Origin: an uncultured Acidimicrobiia bacterium
GTDB lineage: Bacteria; Actinomycetota; Acidimicrobiia; Acidimicrobiales; AC-14
DNA length: 64,000 bases
NCBI GenBank assembly: GCA_963836205.1
Contig: CAWIIV010000015.1
Span: 352,001 to 416,000, forward strand
Direction of reading: 5' to 3'
This document shows, piece after piece, positions 54,225-64,000 of the stretch. The first letter of the stretch is position 1. Each line of letters starts with the position of its first letter. The position numbers were made by a program, and so were the translations under genes. Under the pieces are notes generated by a model. That model searched no databases, was not told the DNA's origin, and worked only from the letters and a program-made list of their open reading frames with translations.

Positions 54225-54448
54225 TACGAGGACGTGTCGACCCGATCCCGTGCCCGCTGCCGGTTCCTCGATGCCACCCGCCAGATGGCGACCGCGAACG
54301 CCACCGACACGACCGCCAGGGCCACGTGGACCACCTTGAAGGCGGTGTCCCGGGTCTCGTCGCCCAGGATGTTGCGGATCCGGGTGACCCAGATGAACAG
54401 GGTCCAGGCGGCGGCGGACTTCAGGAGGATGGCGTCGCGGCGGCTCAC
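54224..54448 (-). CDS. Small membrane protein (SCO4848-like)
   Basis: WTLFIWVTRIRNI, FKVVH; two TM helices. Confidence 0.7.
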   Translation of the reverse strand: MSRRDAILLKSAAAWTLFIWVTRIRNILGDETRDTAFKVVHVALAVVSVAFAVAIWRVASRNRQRARDRVDTSS

Positions 54449-54519
54449 GCCCCGACCGTACCGAAGCCAGTGCCCGATGGACGACTCCGGGCTACAGTCG
54501 CCCTCCCCGAGCGACGGCG

Positions 54520-56394
54520 GTGGCGATGTCCGAGAAGCAGCTCGACCAATCCTCCTCCTACGACCTCGGCCCCGATCCGGCCGAGTGCGACATGGTCATG
54601 AAGGGCGGCATCGCCAGCGGGGTCGTCTACCCCGGGGCCGCCTGCCGGCTGGCCGTGAAGTACCGCCTCCGCCGGCTCGGTGGGACGTCGGCCGGCGCCA
54701 TCGCCGCCACCTTCGCCGCCGCCGCCGAGCGGGGCCGAAGCGCCGGCCCCGAGGGCGGGTTCGTGGCCCTCAACGCCATCCCCCAGGAGATCGGCGGCTC
54801 GCTGGCCAAGATGTTCCAGGCGTCCGCCGGCGGTCGACCAGCGTTCACGCTGCTCCTGGCCTGGGTCGACCCCGGCCGGACGACGGTCGGCTTCGTGGGC
54901 CGGGTGATCGGCGCACTGGTCCACCCGTTCTCGTTGCTCTGCGGACTGGTGGTGGCGGCGGTGGTCGCAGCCATCGGCGCGGGCTACACGATGGTCGTGA
55001 GTGACACCGACGCGGTCGGGGGGCTCCTGGCCTGGCTGCCGGCGGCCGTGGTCACCGGGGTGTTGGCAACGGTCGTCGTCGGCGCCATCCGGCTGGTCCG
55101 GGGGACGCTGCGGGCCCTCGACGCCAACGGCTTCGGCCTGTGCGACGGCCACACCACCGATCCCGCCGTCGACCACCCGCCCCTCACCGACTGGATGGCC
55201 GACGCCCTCGACCGCATCGCCGCCATCTCCCCGGCCCCGGCCCGGCCCGCGGGCACGCCGCTGACCTTCGGCGACCTCTGGGGCGAGGCCGCCTCCGCCG
55301 CCTACCGGGAGGCCATGCCCGACATCCACGACGGCGAGGCGTCGACGCTCTCGCTCATCGCCCGGCAGTCCCTGGCCAAGGCCCGCGACGTCGACGTGGT
55401 GGTGCTCACGACCAACCTCTCCCACGGCCGGCCCTACCGCTTCCCCTTCTCCCTCCAGGTCTTCTACTGGTGCCCGACGTGCTTCGCCCAGTACTTCCCC
55501 GAGCGAGTGGTCGACCACCTGCGGGCCACCGGCGCGGTGACCACACCGTCCGACGACCCCGGCGACGGCGACCGCAAGGTGGAGCTGCTCTGCCCTCGGC
55601 ATCCCGGCGTGCGCCTCTGGTACCTGCCGCGGGCGGTCGACCTCCCGGTGGTCATGGCCGCCCGCCTCAGCCTCAGCTTCCCGGGGCTGCTCAGCACCGT
55701 CCCGTTCCACGCCGTCGACTTCGCCACCACCGAGGGCAACGTGAAGGTGAAGACGGCCTGGTTCTCCGACGGCGGGATCGCCAGCAACTTCCCCATCCAC
55801 TTCTTCGACCAGCTGCTGCCCACCCGGCCCACGTTCGGCATCAACCTCACCGACGTCCACCCCGACAGCCCCGACCTCGTCTGGCGGCCTCGGGACGACC
55901 GGGCCTCGGGGCTCCTACCCCCGCACCGGACCATCACGTCCACCTTCGGGTTCGTCGGCGCGCTGGTCGACACCCTGCAGAACTGGGTCGACAACATGCA
56001 GATCACCACCCCCGGGTTCAACAAGCGGGTGGCCAACGTCCGTCAGCGGGAGGACGAGGGCGGCCTGAACCTGAAGATGTCGCCGCAGACGATCACCGAC
56101 CTGTCGGACCGGGGCAAGGCCGCCGCCGCCCTGTTCGACAACTTCGACTTCGACCGCCACCGGGTGGTTCGCTACCGGATCGCCATGGCCGGCCTCGACG
56201 AGGTGTTCGACGCCATGCAGGAGCCCTACCCCGCCTACCGGCCGGTTCTCAAAGCAGGCAAGGTGACGGACAAGCTCCTCGGCACCAGCGACGGATTGAT
56301 GGAGCTGACCGCCACCTGGGGCGAGATCGGGCATCCCGCCCAGGTCGGCGCGCCCAAGCCCCAACCCGAGCTCCGCCTCCTGCCGAGGCAGTAA
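54520..56394 (+). CDS. Patatin-like phospholipase with internal TM segments
   Basis: KGGIASG, GTSAG, FSDGG. Confidence 0.9.
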   Translation: MAMSEKQLDQSSSYDLGPDPAECDMVMKGGIASGVVYPGAACRLAVKYRLRRLGGTSAGAIAATFAAAAERGRSAGPEGGFVALNAIPQEIGGSLAKMFQASAGGRPAFTLLLAWVDPGRTTVGFVGRVIGALVHPFSLLCGLVVAAVVAAIGAGYTMVVSDTDAVGGLLAWLPAAVVTGVLATVVVGAIRLVRGTLRALDANGFGLCDGHTTDPAVDHPPLTDWMADALDRIAAISPAPARPAGTPLTFGDLWGEAASAAYREAMPDIHDGEASTLSLIARQSLAKARDVDVVVLTTNLSHGRPYRFPFSLQVFYWCPTCFAQYFPERVVDHLRATGAVTTPSDDPGDGDRKVELLCPRHPGVRLWYLPRAVDLPVVMAARLSLSFPGLLSTVPFHAVDFATTEGNVKVKTAWFSDGGIASNFPIHFFDQLLPTRPTFGINLTDVHPDSPDLVWRPRDDRASGLLPPHRTITSTFGFVGALVDTLQNWVDNMQITTPGFNKRVANVRQREDEGGLNLKMSPQTITDLSDRGKAAAALFDNFDFDRHRVVRYRIAMAGLDEVFDAMQEPYPAYRPVLKAGKVTDKLLGTSDGLMELTATWGEIGHPAQVGAPKPQPELRLLPRQ

Positions 56395-56778
56395 CGGTGG
56401 AGGCGCCGTTCGAGTCTCTCGGGGGCGTCACCCGCGCTGCCGCCGAGGTGACGAGCTGGTCGGGGCCGGCGGGTGCGGTCACCCGGGGGATGGCGTGGTC
56501 GGCGCTCGCGATCGGCGTCCTCGACGTGGTCGAGAACTGCTGCCTGCTGGCCGAGCTGCGTCACGCCGAGGACCCAGCGACCTGGGCCGGCTGGCGAAGT
56601 CGGCCAAGGGCGCAGCCCAGGTCAAGTTCGCCCTGCTCGGGGTGGGCGGCGGATGGCTGTTCCTGGTCGTTGCCCCCGTTGTCGTCTTCCACCGGGGCTA
56701 GAGGCTCCAGCCGGACCAACGGCGGGGTGCCAGCCTCATCCCTGGCCGGTGATCCAGGGCGTCGTCGGTCGTGGCCTC

Positions 56779-57456
56779 CTACCAGAGCGTGGGCTGGGGC
56801 AGCTCGCGGACGAGGCGGGGGACGCCGGGCCACGGGAGGTGGTCCATGAACACCCAGGCCCGGCGGTGGATCGAGGTCGGTCCCCAGGCGGCCAGGGCGG
56901 CCTTGTGGCGGGGGCATGGGTAGCCCTTGTTGAGGTCGAAGTCGTAGCCGGGGAAGTGCTCGGCCTCGGCCCGCATGATGCGGTCGCGGGTGACCTTGGC
57001 CAGCACCGACGCCGTCGCGATCGACAGGCAGGAGGCGTCGCCCCGGACGATGCGGGTGACGTGGCCGCCGCCGACGAAGTCCCACCGGCCGTCGACCAGG
57101 ATGGCGTCGGGCGCAGCCGTCAGCCCGAGTCCCTCGAAGGCCCGGCGGGCGGCCAGCTTCTGGGCGGCCGACATCCCCAGGTCGTCGCACTCCTGCTGGC
57201 TGGCGTGGCCGACGGCCCACGTCTGGCACCACGCCGCAACCTTGGGGAAGAGCCGCTCCCGCTCGGGCTCGGTGAGCATCTTGGAGTCGCGGACCTTGTA
57301 CACCCGCCGGTCGCGGGGGAGCACCGCCGCCCCGACCGAGATCGGTCCCGCCCACGAGCCCCGCCCGACCTCGTCGACGCCCACCACCACCGCGGCCCCG
57401 GAGTCCCACAACGCCCGCTCCACACCCAGGCTGGGCACGGTTCGGGCAGCGGCCAT
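56779..57456 (-). CDS. rnhB: Ribonuclease HII
   Basis: GVDEVGRG, RDSK, LVDG, ASVLAKVTRD, NKGYP. Confidence 0.95.
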   Translation of the reverse strand: MAAARTVPSLGVERALWDSGAAVVVGVDEVGRGSWAGPISVGAAVLPRDRRVYKVRDSKMLTEPERERLFPKVAAWCQTWAVGHASQQECDDLGMSAAQKLAARRAFEGLGLTAAPDAILVDGRWDFVGGGHVTRIVRGDASCLSIATASVLAKVTRDRIMRAEAEHFPGYDFDLNKGYPCPRHKAALAAWGPTSIHRRAWVFMDHLPWPGVPRLVRELPQPTLW

Positions 57457-57518
57457 CGAATGCCGACGGTACTTCGCGACCTGGGATGATGCGAGGACGC
57501 AAAAGCGTTGGAAACGTC

Positions 57519-57776
57519 ATGAAAGGTGATCGAGTAGAGATCGTGATCGACGCGGGCGGCGAGACCCGCACCTACAACGTGGAGGCGACGCGGGCGGGCC
57601 GGAAGGTCGACGTCCGCACCGGGCGGGGATTGGTCGAAGTCACCGAGGTGACCCGGGGCGGCACCCCGGTGCGCACCGCCCGGTTCATGGCCAGCCGGGT
57701 TCTCGCCCTGGTCGAACACCCGGCGTCCCAACGGGCCGAGCCCGACGACCAGAAACCCCTGGCTTCCGTCGCGTGA
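57519..57776 (+). CDS. Small conserved hypothetical protein
   Basis: MKGDRVEIVIDAG...RVLALVEHPA; good codon usage. Confidence 0.65.
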   Translation: MKGDRVEIVIDAGGETRTYNVEATRAGRKVDVRTGRGLVEVTEVTRGGTPVRTARFMASRVLALVEHPASQRAEPDDQKPLASVA

Positions 57777-58279
57777 CCGGCCACCACCTGGCCCAGTGCA
57801 ACGTCTCACGACTGCTGGCGCCGCTCGACGCGCCGCAGCTGGCCGACTTCGTCGCCGCCCTCGGGCCGGTCAACGCCCTCGCCGACGACGCCCCCGGCTT
57901 CGTGTGGCGGCTACAGGACGACGACGGCGTCGCCACGTCGATCCGGGCCTTCGTCGACGAGTCGGTGATCCTGAACCTGAGCGTCTGGGAGTCGGCCGAG
58001 GCCCTGGCCGACTTCGCCTACCGGTCCGGCCACCGTGACGTCATGCGCCGGCGGCGGGAGTGGTTCGTGCCCATGGACGAGGCCCAGCTCGTCCTGTGGT
58101 GGGTCCCCGCCGGGCATGTTCCCGACGTCGCCGAGGCCAAGGACCGCCTCGAGCTCCTCCGTCGGGTCGGCCCGTCCCCCGCCGCCTTCACGTTGCGCGC
58201 CCTCTACCCGGTCGGCGCCACCGAGCCCGTCTCCCTGGTCCGCCCGCCGGGGAGCGTCACCCTCGGTCGAAACGGCTGA
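57773..58279 (+). CDS. DUF3291 domain protein
   Basis: HLAQCN, PGFVWRLQ, NLSVWES, VLWWVPAGH. Confidence 0.9.
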   Translation: MTGHHLAQCNVSRLLAPLDAPQLADFVAALGPVNALADDAPGFVWRLQDDDGVATSIRAFVDESVILNLSVWESAEALADFAYRSGHRDVMRRRREWFVPMDEAQLVLWWVPAGHVPDVAEAKDRLELLRRVGPSPAAFTLRALYPVGATEPVSLVRPPGSVTLGRNG

Positions 58280-59483
58280 CCGTCTCCACGTGGAAGGTGT
58301 GGGGGAAGGCGTCGACCATCGCCACCGACCCCAGGCGATAGCCGGCGGCGGCGAGGAGGGCGACGTCGCGCCCGAGTGACGCGGGGTCGCAGCTCACCAG
58401 CACCAGGCGGGGGGCGCCCAGGGCGGTGAGCGCCGCCACGCCGGGACGGCCGAGTCCGGGACGGGACGGGTCGGCCACCACCACCTCGATGCGGCCTGCC
58501 CGCTTGCCGGTGGGACGCCACCGGCCCACCTCCGACACCACCACCTTGGCGTCGAGATCGGCCAGGTTGACCCGGGCGTCGGCCGCCGCCCCCCGGTCGC
58601 TCTCCACCGCCGTCACCCGCGCCCCCCGGGCCGCACCGAGGGCAGAGGCGAACAGGCCCACGCCGGCGTAGGCGTCGACCAGATGGCCGCCACCGCCGCC
58701 GCCGGCCGGCAGCGACTCGCCCACCGCGTCCGACACCGCGGCCACCAGACCCTCGGCCGCCACCGGGCCCGGTTGGAAGAACGACGCCGCCGACACCCGG
58801 AACCGCCGACCGGCCACGTCCTCGTGGACGAACGCCTGGCGGCCGTCGTCGTGGGTCACGACGACGACGTCCGCCGGCACCCGCACGTCCGCCGCCCCGG
58901 TGCGGACCTGCACCAGCCGTTCCCCCGACGCCACCCCCACCCGCAGCAGCACCTCGCCCGCGCCCGGGAAGCGCCCGTCGACCACCAGTTCCTCGAGCAA
59001 CGGGTCGACGGCCAGGCAGGCGTCGGTGGCGACGGCCCCGGCGGCATCGTCGCTCCCCCGGTGGCGGTGGCCGGCCCGGCCGTCGTCGGTCACCGCCAGG
59101 CGGACGGTGGTGCGCAGGGCCGGCCCGTCGAGGGCCACGATCGAGGGCGTCGGGGGATCGGCCAGGCGCCCGATGCGGCGGAGGGCGTCGACCACGATCC
59201 CGGCCTTGAGGCGGACCTGGGCGTCGGGCGCCACGTGCTGCCACGTGCAGCCGCCGCAGCCGGCGGCGAGGGCCACGCACGGGGGTGACACCCGGTCCGG
59301 CGACGCCTCCAGCACGTCCACCGCCACCGCCCGGGCGAAGTCCTTGCGCTCCTCGGTGAGCCGGACCCGCACCCGCTCCCCCGGCAGGGCCCCGTCCACG
59401 AAGACCACCCGGCCGCCGTCCTCCCGGGCCAGGGCGGCTCCGCCCGCGACCATGCCCGTGGGGACGAGGACGAGGTCGGTCAC
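58257..59483 (-). CDS. TRAM-domain RNA (uracil-5)-methyltransferase (RlmD-like)
   Basis: GALPGE, CGGC, SFFQ, DAYAGVG, VSCDP, DAFPHTFHVE. Confidence 0.9.
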   Translation of the reverse strand: MTDLVLVPTGMVAGGAALAREDGGRVVFVDGALPGERVRVRLTEERKDFARAVAVDVLEASPDRVSPPCVALAAGCGGCTWQHVAPDAQVRLKAGIVVDALRRIGRLADPPTPSIVALDGPALRTTVRLAVTDDGRAGHRHRGSDDAAGAVATDACLAVDPLLEELVVDGRFPGAGEVLLRVGVASGERLVQVRTGAADVRVPADVVVVTHDDGRQAFVHEDVAGRRFRVSAASFFQPGPVAAEGLVAAVSDAVGESLPAGGGGGGHLVDAYAGVGLFASALGAARGARVTAVESDRGAAADARVNLADLDAKVVVSEVGRWRPTGKRAGRIEVVVADPSRPGLGRPGVAALTALGAPRLVLVSCDPASLGRDVALLAAAGYRLGSVAMVDAFPHTFHVETVSRFDRG

Positions 59484-59962
59484 TCCTCCAGCTTGGACCC
59501 ACCCGGCTCGGGGGGCGACTCGCCGTCGCGCAGCTGCTGCTCCCGGCGCCGGAGCTCGTCCTCCCGGCGCTGCAGGTCGGCCTCCCGCTCCTTGCGGGCC
59601 TGGTCCGCCTCCCGCCGCCGCAGCTGCTCCTCCCGGAGATGGAGCTGGGCCTGCTCCTCGCGCTCCCGCACGATCGGGCTGAGGCCGTCGAGGTCGACAC
59701 CGAAGTTGGGCTGGTCCTCGGGGCCGAGCGGGCGGTTGGGCGGCCGGTACCCGGGATCCCCGATGCGGAACGATGCCTTCTCCGGGCGACCGGCGACGAG
59801 CCAGATGATCGAGCCGACGTCGGGGAGGAAGACCACGATCGCCAGCCACAGCAGCTTGGGCAGGTGGCGGACCCGCGACTCGTCGGTGGTGATCACGTCG
59901 ACGATGCAATAGAGCCAGAGGGCGAGGAGGAACAGGCCCACCGCACCACGAGCAGCCAGCAT
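59480..59962 (-). CDS. PLDc N-terminal domain membrane protein
   Basis: LWLYCIVDV, LPKLLWL, GSIIWL..GRP; coiled-coil tail. Confidence 0.8.
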   Translation of the reverse strand: MLAARGAVGLFLLALWLYCIVDVITTDESRVRHLPKLLWLAIVVFLPDVGSIIWLVAGRPEKASFRIGDPGYRPPNRPLGPEDQPNFGVDLDGLSPIVREREEQAQLHLREEQLRRREADQARKEREADLQRREDELRRREQQLRDGESPPEPGGSKLEE

Positions 59963-60028
59963 GGGACCCCCTCAGGTTCGCCGTCGCCGTGACGCCAGGC
60001 AGGTAGATCGCCCGCCGGGGGCGCTCCG

Positions 60029-61046
60029 TTACAGCAGGCGCACGCCCGGCGGCCCGCTCCACCACCCGGCCGATGGCCACGAACCCGGCCGCGGCCAGTC
60101 CCGGGTCGGCGGCGGCCGACGGGGACACCGAGGCCAGCAGTCCCCCCGAGGTCTGGGGGTCGTAGGCCAGGGCCTCCATGGCCGCCGGTGCCGACGAGAC
60201 CACCCGGTCCTGGAGGTGGACCCGGTTGCGGGCGTCGCCGCCGGTGCGGACGCCGGCCTCGGCCGCGGCCAGGGCGCCGGCGTAGAGGGGCAGGACCGAG
60301 GTGTCGACCTCCAACACCGCACCCGACCGCTCCGCCATCTCCCACGCGTGGCCGAGCAGCCCGAAACCGGTGACGTCGGTGACCGCGTGCGGCGGGTCGA
60401 CCAGGGCGGACAGGGCCTCGGCCGCCCCCCGGTTGAGCCGGCGCATGACGGCGATGGCGGCGGCCTTGTCGTCGGCCCCGCCGCCCGCCAGGAGGATCCC
60501 GGTGCCGACGGGCTTGGAGAGCAGCAGGATGTCGCCGGGACGGGCGCCGGCCTTGGTCCAGATCCGGTCGGGGTGCACCAGGCCCTGCACCGCCAGCCCG
60601 AAGATGGGCTCCTCCGAGCGGATGGTGTGGCCGCCGGCCACCGTCCCCCCGGCCTCGGTGACAACCGCCGCGGCCGCGGCCAGGATGGCCGCCACCGCCT
60701 CCACCGGCATGCGCTCGGGGAAGGCGGAGATGTTGAGGGCGAGCACCACCCGCCCGCCCATGGCGAAGACGTCACTGCACGCGTTGGCGGCGGCGATGGC
60801 CCCGAAGTCGGACGGGTCGTCGACCAGGGGCGGGAAGAAGTCGGTGGTCGACACGAGGGCGGCGTCGTCGGACAGGCGGTAGACGGCGGCGTCGTCGAAG
60901 GGCGCCAGGCCGACGATGAGTGCCGGGTCGGCGCCGTCGGCCGCGGCCAACGCCCGGACCAGGCCGGCGAGCGGCGCCGCCCCCCACTTGGCCGCGCAGC
61001 CGCCGCACGTCGTCCACTCGGTGAGCTTGATGTGGAGTGCGGTCAC
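60029..61046 (-). CDS. selD: Selenide, water dikinase (Cys form); last codons frameshifted
   Basis: CGGCAAK, DDAAVY, DFFPP, GGHT, TDVTGFGLLGH, DPQTSGGLL. Confidence 0.93.
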
Positions 61047-61453
61047 CTCTCCACCCGGGCGATGTTCCCCGCCTCGGACGGGTCGGGGTCGGTGCTGAGG
61101 AAGGCGTCCACGATCTCCTTGGCCACGGTCGGCGAGGTGAGGCGCAGCCCGACTGCGAGCACGTTGGCGTCGTTCCACCGGCGGGCGCCACGGGCCGTCT
61201 CGGCGTCGGTGCACAGGGCGGCGCGCACGCCGGCCACCTTGTTGGCCGCCATCGACACGCCCGTACCGGTCCAGCAGCACACGACGCCGCGGTCGGCCCG
61301 GCCCGCGGCCACCGACGCGCCGACGGTGCGGCCGATGTCAGGCCAGGGCTCGTCCTCCAGTCGCACGACGACCTCGTGACCGCCCTCGGCCAGGAGCCCG
61401 ATGATCTGGTCGGTCAGCGGGGTCCGCTCGTCGGTGCCGAAGGCGATACGCAT
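61043..61453 (-). CDS. rpiB: RpiB/LacA/LacB sugar-phosphate isomerase
   Basis: CWTGTGVSMAANKVAGVRAA, WNDANVL. Confidence 0.88.
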   Translation of the reverse strand: MRIAFGTDERTPLTDQIIGLLAEGGHEVVVRLEDEPWPDIGRTVGASVAAGRADRGVVCCWTGTGVSMAANKVAGVRAALCTDAETARGARRWNDANVLAVGLRLTSPTVAKEIVDAFLSTDPDPSEAGNIARVER

Positions 61454-61497
61454 CACGGCGACCATACGGCCATCCGGAGCCCCTTGCGGACCGGTGG

Positions 61498-61866
61498 CTA
61501 CTCCTCGTCCCGGTGGACGAGGTCGGGGGCGAAGGCGGGCAGGCAGACGGCGATGTACTCGGCGCCGTCGGGATCGGGCGTGGAGTACCGGACCCACTCC
61601 CCCGCCGCGACAGCCACCGCCTGGCCCGCGGTCACGTCGAGGTCGTTGCCGTCGGCGCTGGTCACCCGCAGGCGGCCGGCGAGCACCACCGTGAACTCGT
61701 CGAACTCGGGCGTCTGGCCCGGCTCGACCCATCCGCCGGGCGAGCGCATGTGGGCGACGCTGATCGTCGGGTGGCCGCTGTTGACCCGGCCGACGTACTC
61801 GTCGATGACCTTGGGCTTGTTCCCCACCGCCTCGACGCGGGTCGGGGACGGGATCAGGGTGGGCAC
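61498..61866 (-). CDS. Cupin domain protein
   Basis: KVIDEYVG, EPGQTPEFDE, WVRYSTP. Confidence 0.85.
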   Translation of the reverse strand: MPTLIPSPTRVEAVGNKPKVIDEYVGRVNSGHPTISVAHMRSPGGWVEPGQTPEFDEFTVVLAGRLRVTSADGNDLDVTAGQAVAVAAGEWVRYSTPDPDGAEYIAVCLPAFAPDLVHRDEE

Positions 61867-61897
61867 GCCGGCGATCGTAGGGGCGCGTCGACCCTTC

Positions 61898-61938
61898 GTT
61901 GTGCAGTTGTGCGGGCTAGACCGACGTAACTGCACAAC
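61898..61938. repeat. Intergenic palindrome
   Basis: GTTGTGCAGTT...AACTGCACAAC between divergent genes. Confidence 0.7.
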
Positions 61939-61992
61939 AAACGCCCGAGGCATCCCCCGTTTGGCGGATGGCCCCGCGTAGCCTTGACAGCC

Positions 61993-64000
61993 GTGGCCCG
62001 GACCGTCGCCGTCGTCCCCCACACCCATTGGGACCGGGAGTGGTACCAACCCTTCCAGGCCTTCCGCCTGCGGTTGGTGGAGGTGCTCGACGACGTCCTC
62101 GACCGGCTCGAAGCCGATCCCTCGATCACCCACTTCCTCCTCGACGGGCAGATGGCCGTGGTCGACGACTACCTCGCCCTCCGGCCTGAGGCCGAGCCCC
62201 GCCTGCGCCGGCTGGCGGCGGCCGGGCGCATCGCCGTGGGCCCGTGGTACGTCCTCCCCGACGAGTTCCTCGTCTCCGGCGAGACCCTCGTCCGCAACCT
62301 CCAGATGGGCCTGGAGCGGGCGGCCGCCTTCGGGGGAGCGATGGCCGTGGGCTACCTGCCCGACATGTTCGGCCACGTGGCCCAGATGCCCCAGCTCCTC
62401 CGCCAGGCCGGCTTCGACCACGCGGTGGTGTGGCGGGGCGTCCCGGCCGCAGTCAACCGCACCGCCTTCTGGTGGCGGGGGCCGGACGGGTCGGGCGTGC
62501 GGGCCGAGTACCTCCCGGTGGGCTACGGCAACGGCGCCGCCGTCCCCGACGACGCCAAGGCCCTGGTCGAGCGCATCCGGGCCCACGAGATCGAGTTGGG
62601 AGCGCTCCTCCCGGCCGACGCCCCGCTCCTATGGATGAACGGCGGCGACCACCAGCGGCTCCAGCCCCACATCGGCCGGGTGGTGGCCGAGGCCGACGAC
62701 CTCACCGACGACCACCACCTCGCGGTGACGTCGCTCCCCGCCTACCTGGCCGCCTCGTCGGTGGTCGGCCTGCCCACGTGGACGGGCGAGCTGCGCTCGG
62801 GGGCGAGGGCCAACCTCCTCATGGGGGTGGCCTCCAACCGGGTCGACGTCAAGCAGGCCGCGGCCCGCGCCGAGCGGGCCCTCGAACGCCTGGCCGAGCC
62901 CCTCGCCGCCCTCTTCGACGACATCTGGCCGGCGGCCCCTCTCCGGGTGGCGTGGACCGGGATCGTGCGCAACGCGGCGCACGACTCGGTCTGCGCCTGC
63001 TCGGCCGACGCCGTCGTCGCCGCCGTCCTCACCCGGTACGCGGAGGCAACCCACGTGGCCGAGGCGGTCACCGCCCGCGCCCTCTCCGCCCTCGGCCAGT
63101 CGATGACGGTCAAGGGTCAGGTCGTCGTCAACCCGTCGCCCCGGGCCCGCGGCGGGCTGGTCGAGCTCGTGCTCCCGGGCGTCGGCGACGTCGAGGGGGG
63201 ACAGGTGGTCGCCGCCCGCACCGGCTCCGCCACCGAACGGGTCGTCAACGGGGGCCAGCTCGGGATACTCCTCGCCCAGGTCGCCAACGACGAGGCCGTC
63301 TGGGGCGGCGCCATCGTCGGGGTCGACGTGGCCGACGACGAGTCCGGCCTCGACGTGGTCCTCCGCACCGGCCCCAAGCCGCCCACGCCCGACCCGGCCC
63401 AGGCGTCGACCCTGGCCGGCCTCTACGCCCGGGCCGGCGCCCGCCGGCGGGAGCCCGTACATGTGCGCATCGAGCACGAGCCCTACCGGCGGGTCCTGGT
63501 GCGCGCCGACGACGTGCCCGGGTTCGGCTGGAAGGCGTGGACACCCGCCGATCCTCCGTCGAACGTGGCCCCGGTGAGCGCCAGCCGGGCGGCCCCCGAC
63601 GACGGTTTCATGCTGGCCAACGGGCTGATCACCGTGACGGTCGACCCCGCCGACGGCACGTTCTCAATCGACGGGCTGCGTGGCCTCGATCTCCTCGTCG
63701 ACGACGCCGACGCCGGCGACACCTACAACTACTCGCCCCCCGACGGCGACATCGCCATCGATGCCCCCACGTCGGTCACGGTCGGCATCCACGAGCACGG
63801 GCCTCTCCGGGCCAGCCTCCGGGTGGTGCGCACCTTCGACTGGCCCGAGCGCCTGGAGGGGAAAGAACGGGCCGGCTCCCGGGCGGTGGAGGTGTCGACC
63901 CGGGTCGAGCTGCGGGCCGGCGAGCGCCTGGTGCGGGTCACCACCACCCTCGACAACCCCTGCCGCGACCACCGCCTGCGGGCGTGGTTCCCCCTGCCGA
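61993..64000 (+). CDS. GH38 alpha-mannosidase-like protein (runs off the window; absent from the ORF track)
   Basis: VARTVAVVPHTHWDREWY, FLLDGQ, GYLPDMFGH, HDSVCACS. Confidence 0.92.
   Translation, partial: MARTVAVVPHTHWDREWYQPFQAFRLRLVEVLDDVLDRLEADPSITHFLLDGQMAVVDDYLALRPEAEPRLRRLAAAGRIAVGPWYVLPDEFLVSGETLVRNLQMGLERAAAFGGAMAVGYLPDMFGHVAQMPQLLRQAGFDHAVVWRGVPAAVNRTAFWWRGPDGSGVRAEYLPVGYGNGAAVPDDAKALVERIRAHEIELGALLPADAPLLWMNGGDHQRLQPHIGRVVAEADDLTDDHHLAVTSLPAYLAASSVVGLPTWTGELRSGARANLLMGVASNRVDVKQAAARAERALERLAEPLAALFDDIWPAAPLRVAWTGIVRNAAHDSVCACSADAVVAAVLTRYAEATHVAEAVTARALSALGQSMTVKGQVVVNPSPRARGGLVELVLPGVGDVEGGQVVAARTGSATERVVNGGQLGILLAQVANDEAVWGGAIVGVDVADDESGLDVVLRTGPKPPTPDPAQASTLAGLYARAGARRREPVHVRIEHEPYRRVLVRADDVPGFGWKAWTPADPPSNVAPVSASRAAPDDGFMLANGLITVTVDPADGTFSIDGLRGLDLLVDDADAGDTYNYSPPDGDIAIDAPTSVTVGIHEHGPLRASLRVVRTFDWPERLEGKERAGSRAVEVSTRVELRAGERLVRVTTTLDNPCRDHRLRAWFPLP

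Noticed and set aside
56396-56701. Possible small membrane gene after the patatin gene
   Set aside because: Fragmentary and frameshifted; a product cannot be supported.
60985-61010. Possible Sec-containing SelD
   Set aside because: The catalytic position is TGC (Cys), not TGA.
58257-61280. 1007-aa SelD-RlmD fusion in the ORF track
   Set aside because: A one-base shift near 60045 bypasses the selD stop (GVRLL*), and the readthrough overlaps a real PLDc gene in another frame.

Overview
High-GC actinobacterial DNA. The lineage is inferred from gene content and is possibly Acidimicrobiia. Scattered single-base frameshifts in many unrelated genes suggest assembly error. The centre of the window (about 9.3-35.4 kb) is a complete Streptomyces-type contractile injection system (eCIS/CIS): LuxR regulator, Pvc16/DUF4255, Pvc15 AAA ATPase, DUF4157 protein, sheath, two tubes, a chaperone/DUF6760 pair with a phage-like slippery site, LysM tube initiator, VgrG, PAAR, gp25, baseplate J, a P2-I-like protein and two membrane-anchored proteins. 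No tail fibre gene was recognised. The cluster carries a giant candidate cargo (annexin-like repeats + JAB/MPN-like domain + PI3/4-kinase/HipA-like kinase) and a lower-GC cassette (2TM protein, TauD, GNAT). It is followed by an amidohydrolase, an ISL3 element, two TA modules and an AAA-BTAD regulator. This ~37 kb block lies between imuA-imuB and dnaE2, each with its own LexA box. Both imuB and dnaE2 contain in-frame copies of the same ~50-bp palindromic element. The flanks are housekeeping or accessory genes (amtB 5' end with GlnR-like boxes, ppk2, a split ArgZ-like pair, patatin, rnhB, an RlmD-like methyltransferase, selD, rpiB, GH38). No tRNA, rRNA or CRISPR array was seen.
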